A stretch of 64,000 nucleotides of DNA. Source: Vermamoeba vermiformis (taxonomy: Eukaryota). The notes under the pieces are model-generated. The model saw only the letters and a program-made list of their open reading frames with translations. It was not told the DNA's origin and made no database searches. Below, piece after piece: positions 1 to 10,905 of this stretch (positions are counted from its first letter, which is position 1; each line of letters begins with the position of its first letter). The DNA lies in the NCBI GenBank assembly GCA_045837725.1, contig JBEWZL010000179.1, forward strand, positions 124,001-188,000. The letters run 5' to 3'. A program made the position numbers and the translations under genes.

Positions 1-1876
1 TCAAATCAAGCGAAGTGTACGCTTGGTTGGTGATCACAAGCACGGCACTGAATGCACCTGTTCGCCAGCCAATGTTGTGATTTTGCATCAGCGCGGCAAC
101 TGCTTGCAGCGACAATGACGCACTTCCTGACGCCGTACTAGTGGAAGGCAAGCTACGAATGTTGGATTGTAGTGTCGAGGTCGACGAGGTGAGGTACGAG
201 TAGATGTTTTCAGTGTGGCTCGAGCCTGAAGTAGCAACTGTTGCCAAGCCAACTTGAGCACTGTAGCTCGATGAAAGTTGATACAAGAAGGTGGGTGCGT
301 AGTTCTTGATCTGGTCGATCGTTGTGCTAGCCATGCCTTGAAGATCTAGAAGAAGCAAAATGTCGACCAAGGGATTGTTGTTCGTCACACTGAAGCTCAA
401 CGATTGAGATGCGGATGCGGAAGTTGGATTGAAGTAGACAGCGTATTGTTGCGGATAAAGGCGATCTGAGGATCCTCTTGAAGTAGGAACTTGATAGAGA
501 ACCGATGAAGCAACGTTGGGGTCGCAAGTCGAAGAAGTGGATGTGCATCCAGCGATCTCGGGACCAACAAGCAGTAGTCTATAGGAGCAACCAACGGCAT
601 AGCAAGTTGAGTTCAGCTGCTGCACTTGAGTCGAGCACGCGTTTCCATTGACGTCCAAGCCATTTCCACTAGCAAAAACAATACAAGTAATACCGTTGGT
701 GAACAACTGACTGGCGTAAGTCATGACTGCAGTTCTAGAAGCTGTGTTGTCTGGCGCAATGGACCAACCAGAAGGAACTGATATATATGACTGGCATGAC
801 AAGGAGGTAAGACCTTGCAACAGGGCGTATTGAGTGCACGAGTACTGAACGAAGCTGAGGATGGATGTGCTTTCGCAGGTTTGGATGTAGCCGCCAGAAT
901 AGATGGGAATGGTAGCAGTCCAATTACCATCGATAGACCAAGTAATCATTGCATCGTTATAATCCTGTTGCACGGAAGTAAAGATAAGAAATGCAATTCG
1001 CCGTAAATTCCGCGAGGCACTTTCTTACCCTATCACCAAGACCATACAAGTCTTCAAAGCCCATCATCACCACATCATCGATACGGGCCCACGAGCAGTG
1101 CTTGTATCCATCGGGATTGTTGATTTGAGAGTTGAGGTAACTGTAGTACGTGTACCCGCTTGGGTTGTTGTAGCCGTTTCCTTTCAACCAAAAGCCAAGC
1201 ACGGTACCTGATAATCAACGCGAATATTATTCTCGTGCAATTGTTAAATTGTGAATTACGGGTAATTACGCACCTGCCGGAAAAGGCCCGACTTTAATTG
1301 TATCTCCCGGGGAATCACAGCCTCCTTTTGATACATTACGGATCGCAGGTAATATCATCGTCATATTAACCGCTTGTTGAGTATTAGGGTCTACCAAATA
1401 GTACCTATGTATGACCGCCTGTTAGAAGGAACAAATGCTAATTGATTGCACGTACCCTAACTGGTTCACATAACCCGCGCCTTCATAAAGGTATGTAATG
1501 TTCATATATGAGACCTGCAACGATAATGAAGGTAAGAATGACGTTATAGAGGCACTGATAGGATGTACGTACTGAATTGAATGTAACCACAACATCGACA
1601 TTGGGATCCACAAGTGCGGGGTTAGGTGTGCGGCCTTCGGGAAACAGCTTGGGAATGAGCGACAAGACCGTCGACGAGACTGGATTGAAGTAGTACGTGC
1701 CGCCAGTGTGCGCATCTATGTCATCATACATCAGTTGCTGCACTCATACGAAATAACTATAACGGCTGACACGTACCTGTAGTACAGTTGAACGAGAGCA
1801 CGGGAACAACGCAGCAAACAAGAAGGAATAAGAGCACTGAGCTGAGGGTCCACGCTGTTCTATTGGATTGCATCAT
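1..1876 (-). CDS. Secreted/surface Sib-like (integrin-beta-like) protein: signal peptide, DUF4114-like region, Cys-rich segment, VWA-like domain; continues off the window
   Basis: Spliced translation MMQSNRTAWTLSSVLLFLLVCCVVPVLS (signal peptide) ... YEGAGYVNQLGY ... MGFEDLYGLGDRDYND. A >300-codon open exon follows with VDILLLLD and IGWRTGAFSAVLVIT, resembling integrin-beta I-like/VWA domains. Confidence 0.6.
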
Positions 1877-2573
1877 CTACGCAATCATAAGTATGAAGTA
1901 ATTACGACGGAATTTAAGTGTAAATTGCAAAAGCGAATTCGATTCTCTTACCTCAACAAACAGCGTGACGTGACGTGCTAGTATATGATTGATTCTAAAA
2001 TACAAAAGTGTTTAGTGTTTCATGAAGACTGCAAGGCAACCTTTTTATACCTGCCTAAATTTCCAAGCGTTACTTTACCCGATGTGAATCAGCGGAGATT
2101 GCAATCTGGCGTGTAACGTGTTTTCTAACACTAATGCGGCACGTAATTCCGGTACAATAAACGTGTATTTTCGAGCGGGTGTACTTTGATCGTGATTAGA
2201 TCCGTTGACAGGATCTCCATTTGTATAGCTGATAAAATATATTAAAACATTAACCAATTTAGTTTGTGCCACGAGCGTATGTTGATTAATTATTCGAATG
2301 CGTAAAGAAACAATTTCCAGAGTCGCAACACAACAAAAATCGCAAAAATGCACATAAAGCAAGATACGCAAAATAAATACGTAATGTAATTTTACATAAT
2401 TAGGTCTAATTTTAAACTGATTGGTAAAATAAATTAATACAAACCTGTAGAAAAGGTCCGTCAAATCCCATGCCAGGAGACACAGTTGCGTTCAGATATT
2501 TGCGCGACGTTAGTAGCATCGTTTGTTTGTTAAGTTGAAGGTGGAATTCCAAGCTAAATGCTTTGCCTTCGGC

Positions 2574-2665
2574 GGGAGGCAATAAGTTTCTACCGGTCCG
2601 AAAGTTACGTGTAATTTTAACCCTGCCTTGTACTTTTTACACGGCCGTGAAACCTTGTAATTTTT
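2574..2665 (+). repeat. Left terminal inverted repeat
   Basis: GGGAGGCAATAAGTTTCTACCGGTCCGAAAGTTACGTG... is the reverse complement of 7260-7351. Internal CCTTGTA motifs are repeated. Confidence 0.95.
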
Positions 2666-2851
2666 TACACGTACAAGGCACAATAATTCCTTGTAAAGTC
2701 ATTATAGCCTATTTATTGTAATAATGGTCACGAGCAACCTCGAATCTGGATGTGAAAGTGAAAAGACCACGCTTTGTTTCCAGGAAGTAATTTCTGGCAG
2801 ACATAAAAGCACCGGTGGTTTCGTTTTTTCTCAATTCATTTCCACGCAACG

Positions 2852-5800
2852 ATGACCACAAGACAACTCGTAGAACAAATTGCTGACCAAATTGTGCCTG
2901 ATCTGTCGCCTAATCCGACTTCTACCACCCCTTCACCACAATCGGTAATTTACAGTTGATTAATAGTATTAATAGTTAATTTTAATATTATTTATTCTAT
3001 TTTAGGAGCAAGAATCAGCCCAAGTTGACGTAGTTTCGGCTCCTGCAAATCCGCTGAAACGAAAGCGCGAAGACTTCGAGCAAGGTTTGTTAATATCTAA
3101 TGTCCAATCTCGTTTTAATGATATGGTGGCATTCTAGAGTTGTATAGAACTGTTTCGGCCGCGATCGAGCATAAGAAAGGCTTTTTCACGGAAGAGGACG
3201 TCAATTTCACGTGCAAGACACTGATTGATAACGGCTTTGATGCGTCAATTGTTTTTGCATTAACAGATGCTGAAATATCTCGCTTTCAACTGAAGGCTGG
3301 CTTAATTCGGCACGTAAAGATTTACCTCTCTGAAATAGAGGCACAAGAAGCCGTAAGTAAACCTCTACATCTTAGTTTAAATATTCATTATTCTATCGCA
3401 CAGGCTCGCAAAAAAAGAAGACGTATACATACTCCAGAGACCCTGTCTGATGCACTCAAGGCCTCCGAGCCGAATCTGCTGCAAAATCTATTCCCAAGAG
3501 AAGGAGACTGGAAGTTTATGGAATACGAAGACAAGAACGGCAATATTCTCAATTGCTTTATTTGTCGCATTTGCATCACATCGCTGGAAATTCCTGGTGG
3601 AGACTTATCGCCGATCCGCGTTCATTGCTATGGTCGGCCTCACAAAGGTGCTGTTCCAACACATCAGAAATATGTCGCACAAAGAATTGCTGGCACACGA
3701 AACACGAGGTACCTTAAATTACTTATTCTAAGTTTGTACTTTATATTGACGCTTGATTTGAAGTGTTTTAACAAAGCGTCAGTTGGATGCGATTGCAAGT
3801 CAGACAAAGAAGCAACGCTTCCAACTTTGTTGCTGCTTTGATCAAGCTGCCAAAAGAGTGGTTGATAACAAGGAGTTCTGGTCGTGTGCGTCGAGTAAGT
3901 GTAGCTTTAGTCAACCAGTCCCGATGCCCTCTGCGAACACAAAGTACGTTACTTCGTGATATTTTTGGCCTGATCTAAAATAACAATATTAGTTGACACG
4001 TACAGCAAATAATTCGAGAGCAATCGCTAGCAATACAAGCGAATGCACACCCAAACGTACAACAAATCCAAAATACATCCCAAGCCCAACCCAAACCCCT
4101 AATTCTTACATTCCCACCACGTATGGCAAGACGAGCACCAAGAAGAGAAGTCTACATGCAACACACAAGTACTCAATCAGAATCCCTGCCACCTGAGCTC
4201 AAGCGATTACAAGAACTACTTCACCTCGTACTAAAGGCCATTAAGGCCAATAGTATTCCACCAACATTAAACCTTGATATACTCAGCGATTACATTCGTA
4301 ACAACTGTTTACGCTCGACACTTGGTCACAGGTCTCGCTCAAATTAGCTTGCATTCAACTTGGGCTAACCAACACCAATTTAGGTTTACTGATGCATCGA
4401 AGGCCTATTTTCTTGGACAAAAAGCACGTGGTATGAGTCAACGGCAGCAGTATGACCGCAAGTTTGGCTTGCACACCCCATCGGTGGTCACCATCAACGA
4501 GAGTTCAAAGATGACTCCCGTTCTCGAGCAGTATGGTATATCAAATGTTCTCTTTCAAGAGGTGACTGAATTCAATACATAAGCAAATTTTAGTGCTAAT
4601 ATTCTTAAATAGTTTGTTGACTTTGTTGAACGCAACGACCTTCGAAGCAATTCTTGGGGGTTATGATTCGACAGTGTTTTCGTACCTTCAGATGACTCTG
4701 TTTGCGTTCTAACAGGGACACGTCATGGCCTTGTCACTGGTGAACAAATAGAGAAGATAACTGAAGCCACAAGCGTTACTGAAATGCGGCAGTCGATTAC
4801 TGAAGAACACAAGTTTGCAAACCAAGTGCTAGCCTTTGTTCTCTTTCCATTAGAGAGGTATCGCGCAAAGCAGTGGTTACTACCGTTAGGTAATTTGTTA
4901 CACTCTAACAACTCCAACGTAGACTGACTGACTTAGGAATGGTGCCTACAACCGGATATTCAGCAGTGGAGGTGGAAGAACTCGTAACAACTGTATCGAC
5001 AAGAATGAAAGCCAGTAATCTCAACTTGCTGATGGTATCCGGTGACAATGCTGCAGCTCATCAATCGTTATTTGCCAAGCTAATGGAAGACCGTCAACAG
5101 TGTTCTTTTCCGCTTATAGATTGGCCCTTCACTTATCGTGGTATGTAGTGAGCCATTGAACTTTCGGCCAACTAACGAGATTAACAGACAGTGACCCAAC
5201 ACCACTGCAGGATTATCATCACTTATTCCGCAAACTAGTTACTGTCTTGTGCAAGGGTCGCAAGTATTTAGTAATTGGCAATCATCTAATTGCCAAAACA
5301 CTTCTTATCGAGGCGGCCACGGAACTGAATTTCTCAGTGAATATGTTTTCCGAGCGCGATGAACAAAACGATGACCGAGTAGAGCTACTTTTGACGAATG
5401 AACGAGTAAGTAAGGTCCTTTATTGCATACACTTTAATTAATTATGTTTAGTTTCGTAATTGGCTGTCACTATCAGATGAACGCAAGGGTCTGCTATTGT
5501 ATATTAAGTACGTGTCCTTCATGTACGCTGCCTTCAAGTCAAAGCACCATTCATGGGAAGACCGAGTTGCAATGGTTTGGCGAACTGCTTGTTTCTTCAC
5601 CTATTGGCATGCATTGTTACGAGAGCAGGATCTTACTATCAGAGACAACTTTGTCTCAAGTCAAACGTTCAATGCTGTGATTCAACTCGCAACTGCTTTC
5701 GTAATGTTCGTTGTTCGGTTTGCACAAAAGCTACCGACCTTATCGCCTTCATTACTTGTATGCATAGACAATTATTGCATTGCTGTTACTAATTTGTTAT

Positions 5801-7099
5801 CAGTCTGAAAAAGCCTGAGAATCGCTGTTCGCCGCTGCACGAGCGTTCATTCCCAACACAAGTTCAATAACTGCCACCAACTTCTTCTCTTTTCTCAATT
5901 ATCGTGCTTTGTACGTACTATTCGCATTGATTTATATTATATCCCTAATTAGTTTGAGCAGAAGCAACAGGCTGGATCCGATCGAGATCACCGAATTTCT
6001 CCTTGATGAATTAATACCAATGGTATGTCAATTATTCGCCAGATTGTAACACTAATAATAATGATTCAGGGGAATGTGAGCAGCACGCATATTGGAACTC
6101 TTCTGAATAAGATTGATCTGGAAACAAGAGAGGATCTGAAATTGTTCGGATTCGAACCTGTCATGAGCAAATTTATTAGTGTTTCAACGTGCAAGAAAGA
6201 TGTAGATTATATGAATTCAGATTATCAGCAGAATAGTATGTATAAGCTCTTAGCAATTGTTTGCTAACCTTTGTCGCAGATCCGAGCGACCACTTTGGTA
6301 GCATTAGTCCCGTTCCAAATACAGCACCAATAGTAACAAATAAGCAGCCTAGGGTTTTCAATCGCATCAAAGGCACAATCCTTGTTGTCACTGAAGAAGA
6401 GCGACAGTTTTGCGAACACCACAACATTAAAATTCAAGCCAACAACAGAGTCGACGCTAATTCATTTTTGAAGCATACAAGCCGGAAGAGAGCGCACAAG
6501 CATTACACAAAAGATCGATTGAGCCGCCCACAGAATGCAGAGAGTACGAGCACTTGTCTTGTTAATCAGCCTAGCTTCGTTGCTCCGTCAACAGCCCAGT
6601 ATCAGCACAAAGCTTGGTATTGGATTAATGAGAATGATACGCTCAAATTGGCTTACCTAATCCAAGCTCTAAAGCCACGAAAAAGTACAGTTGTTAGTGC
6701 GAAAAAGGGAGAGTGAGAAAAAGTGTACGTTGCTGAATCGAATTAAGACTCATAGTAACCTTAATTAGGACATACGAGTTGATTCCTAGTGTTGACCAGA
6801 AGAACGAAGATTACAGCTGTATCTTCACGGCGCTAGATACTGTGTACAATTTAGCAAGCAAGACCTTAACTTGCATGCCACGAGACAACTGTTGGACGCG
6901 CGTTACGAGCAAATCAATATTGTCTCCTGTTACTGAAGATATCCCTTTTAACCCTTGGAGCATCAATAGTAAGACGGGCACTCAATACGCCTTGTTACGG
7001 GTACTAATTTCTCTGGATTTAGAGCACAATACCATCGAATTCACGCTCGCAGAACTGCAACCCTATTCCACTGTTTTAAACACTTGGTTGAATGACTAA
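2852..7099 (+). CDS. Multi-exon P-element/THAP9-like DDE transposase with in-frame TGA codons (recoded gene or pseudogene)
   Basis: Manual splicing gives GHRFTDASKAYFL..LHTPSVVTI (HTH region), WGL*FDS (first D), VSGDNAA (second D), QDYHHLFRK (DxxH), RDEQND, FFTYW and SLLSEKA*ESLFAAAR (catalytic E). Terminal TAA at 7097-7099. No frameshift is needed. Confidence 0.85.
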
Positions 7100-7114
7100 T
7101 TTAATGCGTAAACA

Positions 7115-7184
7115 TATTTGTGGCTTAAATTATGAAAGTAGCAAGTTTTCGGTGCGAATCTGGGTTGCATCTGATCTAAAAATA
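7115..7184 (+). promoter_or_regulatory. Possible non-canonical SECIS-like hairpin in the transposase 3' UTR
   Basis: ATGAA (7132-7136) and TGAT (7172-7175) have SECIS-like spacing, with GTAGC/GTTGC and TTCG/CGAA pairings between them and a lower helix TATTTGTGG/CTAAAAATA. The apical AA is missing. Confidence 0.35.
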
Positions 7185-7259
7185 CATTGCGAACTTCGGT
7201 TGGTGTTGTATGGGTGTAAATAAATGTTTTGTACGATTTTTTAGTAAGCCTTGCCTTGT

Positions 7260-7351
7260 AAAAATTACAAGGTTTCACGGCCGTGTAAAAAGTACAAGGC
7301 AGGGCTAAAATTACACGTAACTTTCGGACCGGTAGAAACTTATTGCCTCCC
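7260..7351 (-). repeat. Right terminal inverted repeat
   Basis: Ends ...GAAACTTATTGCCTCCC and is followed immediately by the TSD CCTTCGGC. Confidence 0.95.
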
Positions 7352-7413
7352 CCTTCGGCTTGGCTTGTGTTGCCTTTTGTCCAAAACAAAATTTGATCAG
7401 CATCTTGCAAACA

Positions 7414-9307
7414 ATGGAGACAACAACACCAAACATTGATACCCTGCCGCACGAACTCATAGTTTTGATATGCTCGTGGTTACAAGTCCCAGATCTCCTT
7501 TCATACAGCGGATGTTCCCAAAAGTCAAATCGAATCTGCAAGAGCGACGATGTTTGGCGTTATTTCAAGAAAAAATCGCTTACAGATAAGTGGTCATTCA
7601 CCGCCAAGGTTGAATCGTTGTCTTGTCCCATCATAGAAAAAATTCACAAGAAGATCTTGCTCCAGAAAAATTGGAGAAACTCAGGTATAGATCTAAATGA
7701 TGCATATTTGCGGCAATTAGGCATTACGAATATTAAAGAATATTATTAATTCTCAGACTTGCTTCCAAATGCATATTCTCTTCCGCCAATCGAAGGAGAA
7801 CTACTTCACGCCTCTGCTCGGGGATCTAGGTATAATAATTGCACTGTGATCTCAATATTGTTGTTATTGACCTATATTGCGCGCAGATTGCTATTGGCAG
7901 TAAGACGTGCAGATCGCAACCAACCAGATCTTTTTGTTTACGACTTAGAGACCTTAAAACTCGTAAATACGATCGAATATCCCGATAATTTTGATAATGC
8001 AATCTCTTTATGGGATGTAAGTCCATATCTAAGCCAGCGGTCGTGGTGACAGAGTCGATCTGTCAACAAAGAACTAAGCCTTTTCGAACAGGGAGGCGAT
8101 AACATAGTGATTGGCGAAGATGTTCAAATTCCACGAGGATTTGATGAACCTGGTACAATAGGAGCCAATATGTATCACTATTGGGTGTGGAACTTGGTCT
8201 CGAATGAAATTTGGCGAGTTCCTTCGTGCGTTACCTCGGGAACGAACTACGTGTCAATGCACGGCAAGTACTTTGCTTATCTGTCCGTTGGCTATGGAAT
8301 TCATGTAAGCGACATTGTACTACACGCCTCACGTCAATGCTACTGAATTGCATTTTATATTTAGATCTTGGACTTGACAACGCGTCAATGTGTCATCAAG
8401 CAAATGTTTGCAGAATACAATGCAGCCTATGTGCATATCCCTAGTCGTGGAGCTCTAGTATATAAACAAGGTTATGATGAAGACGATAACGCCAAAATAC
8501 GATTCGTGCAGTTTAGCGACGACTGGCTAACCATTTTGGTACGTCCTGAATATGTTTATCGCGTATATGTTAACAAAATAATTAATTATTTTTTTTGAGT
8601 TGTAGTTCGAAAAAGAATTGGACATTGTTTTGAGGTACACTGAAAAGTTGGGAATGACAGAGAACTATCTTCTCGTTTCTTTCGCCGATTTCGTTCAAAT
8701 TCGGACGCATGTAGGTCACCACAAGGATAGTAATATTATTCGTTAGTATTAATTTGTCTGTTCTCGCAGATTCTGGATCGCAAAACCTTCAAGCTCATTG
8801 CCGAGGACGCAAAACATACTTCATTCACGGTGTTGACCGACGACGTCGTTGCTACAATAGCGCACAATTATAGTGGATTTAAAAGCACTATACACGACCT
8901 GAAACAAAATATTGAAACTGACATTTTTGACACGGATCTATTCCACATCCATTCTGACCTGGTAATTAGCATTGCTTTAGTCTAAAATACAATCGCTTAA
9001 TGCTCGATAGTTTCTTGCCGACCATTGCAAATTCTCCAGTGACGGGCAGCAAGTGCAAAATTACTACGTCATGTCTTTGCCTAACAATCAAGTCGTGCAG
9101 GAATTAACCAAATTTGGAAGTAATTCTTTTCATAAGCGATATAAGACCCTATTCAAACAATTCGAATGGTACTCAGAGGATAGTAGCTTATTGGAACAGG
9201 TGCTCGTCAATCAATCGCAGATTATCGTTATTTATCAAAATCAAACTCTTTCGAAGACTTTCTTTTTCATTTTAGATTTCTGCGACTCTGTAGTATTTCA
9301 GCAATAA
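7414..9307 (+). CDS. F-box protein with probable beta-propeller-like C-terminal region (multi-exon)
   Basis: N-terminal IDTLPHELIVLICSWLQVPDLLSYSGCSQKSNRICKSDDVWR is an F-box motif. Downstream exons are beta-strand-rich (LFVYDLETLKLVNTI, YWVWNL). Ends TAA. Confidence 0.8.
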
Positions 9308-9538
9308 AATTGGCTCCGCACGTTACTTTGGAACGCGCGACTCAGAATAAATTAAAATTGTACGACCCTTGCAGTCTGCTTTCTTATAGTATTCTATTGC
9401 TTTGCTTGTTTGGAATAAGAACGATAGTAATGACCTATTGATCGTTGCAAGAAAAAAAAAATGGTACGGATCCGATTCAATTTTTTATGTCACCTGCTTA
9501 CTAACAATAATAATAATAAATAAATTACTCTGGCCACT

Positions 9539-10761
9539 TTAGAACTGCTTGAAAAAGCCGCAAATCTCGGGGTGATCAGCGAAACCATGAATAAATTCGT
9601 TAATGTCGATGGATCCGTCCTGAAAATATTTTTGTTACAATTAATTTCAATTGCCCTAATACTTCTATATTACGTACATGATTAGCATCTACTTTGTTGA
9701 AAATATCGTCTAAAATAGTGTTCAATTTGGCTTGACCATTCTCATCGATTTCAATTTGAGTAGATCCGCTAACTTTTTTGCCTTGACGTGCTTTCAATTG
9801 AGCTCTAGTCACCTATAATTAACAGTTCCCTATATTAATATCACGTTCTATAATCACCAATATCAATCGTACTTGTTTGACGACCATCACGAGCATTTTT
9901 CGAACTTCGTCCTTTGACAACACGCCATCGCCGTTCTTGTCGAAAATTTCAAACGAAGCTGCGTTAAGTCATTAATTACTATATTTGTATAATATAGTAC
10001 GTCGTTCAAGACTTTATGACTCTTAAATATTTCTGAACAGAATTCATGAAAATAATTTGGCGGCAAAAATCAAGGTGTTTGTATGATATTCTATTCATAA
10101 TTATATTACAGTGTTATTATTCTTATATTATTCTATTAAATAATAACACGGGATTACGCATTTAATTTTTTGCCTTGATTCGGTCTCATCTTACCTCGTA
10201 ATTTCTGTTCAATATTTCCACCAAAAGTCACTCCCATAAGCGCCATATATTCCTCCAAGTCCATATCACTATGAAAAAACGCGATCTACGTAAGTACAAA
10301 AGGATCCCAAAAATAATAAAATTAAAGAATTATTTTACCCGTTGCCATCGCGATCAAATGAATCGAACACTTGATTAGCCAGCTCTCGTTCCATTACACC
10401 ATGATTATCCATAATTTTTAAAAAGTTGTCCCGAGTGATTTTGCTGCCATGAGCCGATTTTTCGAAACTCTTGAAGATCAGCTTTGCTTTCTCTGGGGGA
10501 ACTAAATAAAATATTATTTTAGATAAATAGCACGTCTATTTATTTAAATTATAATCAACGAATTAATTATTTACGATTTCAACTTTGCATTAGGGAAAAA
10601 TCAATAACTTGCTACTCGTGTAACAATCATGCAATAATAATTACATAATATTTATAATGAATTTTACGAAGGTATTTTACAAGGATATTCAACTTACTAT
10701 TGTACATCTTACGAAAATTTTCCATTTCGTCTTTGCTGAGCTTCAAATGACCGTTACCCAT
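9539..10761 (-). CDS. N-myristoylated EF-hand Ca2+ sensor (NCS/frequenin or calcineurin-B-like)
   Basis: MGNGHLK start; EF-hands FDRDGNGDMDLEEY, FDKNGDGVLSKDE and DANHDGSIDINEF; ends FFKQF*. Confidence 0.85.
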
Positions 10762-10905
10762 TTTTTACTTAATATATAATCTATTGTACACTTGTGATCT
10801 TGATTAAACTCGAATTCCAGTTTATGGAGCCTTCGTATTTTTTTGTGAGATCGCACGTGATTTTGTCTTAAATAGGCACCTTCGTACAATGAAGTCATTT
10901 ATACA

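Larger units (their letters stand above)
2574..7351 (+). mobile_element. Full-length cut-and-paste DNA transposon, P-superfamily-like, 4778 bp
   Basis: 92-bp terminal inverted repeats (2574-2665 vs 7260-7351, one mismatch), a perfect 8-bp target-site duplication CCTTCGGC (2566-2573 and 7352-7359), and an internal spliced transposase gene. Confidence 0.93.

Noticed and set aside
6714-6716. Apparent further TGA in the transposase (KKGE*)
   Set aside because: It overlaps a GT donor; splicing GA|GTGAGA...TTAG|G restores the frame.
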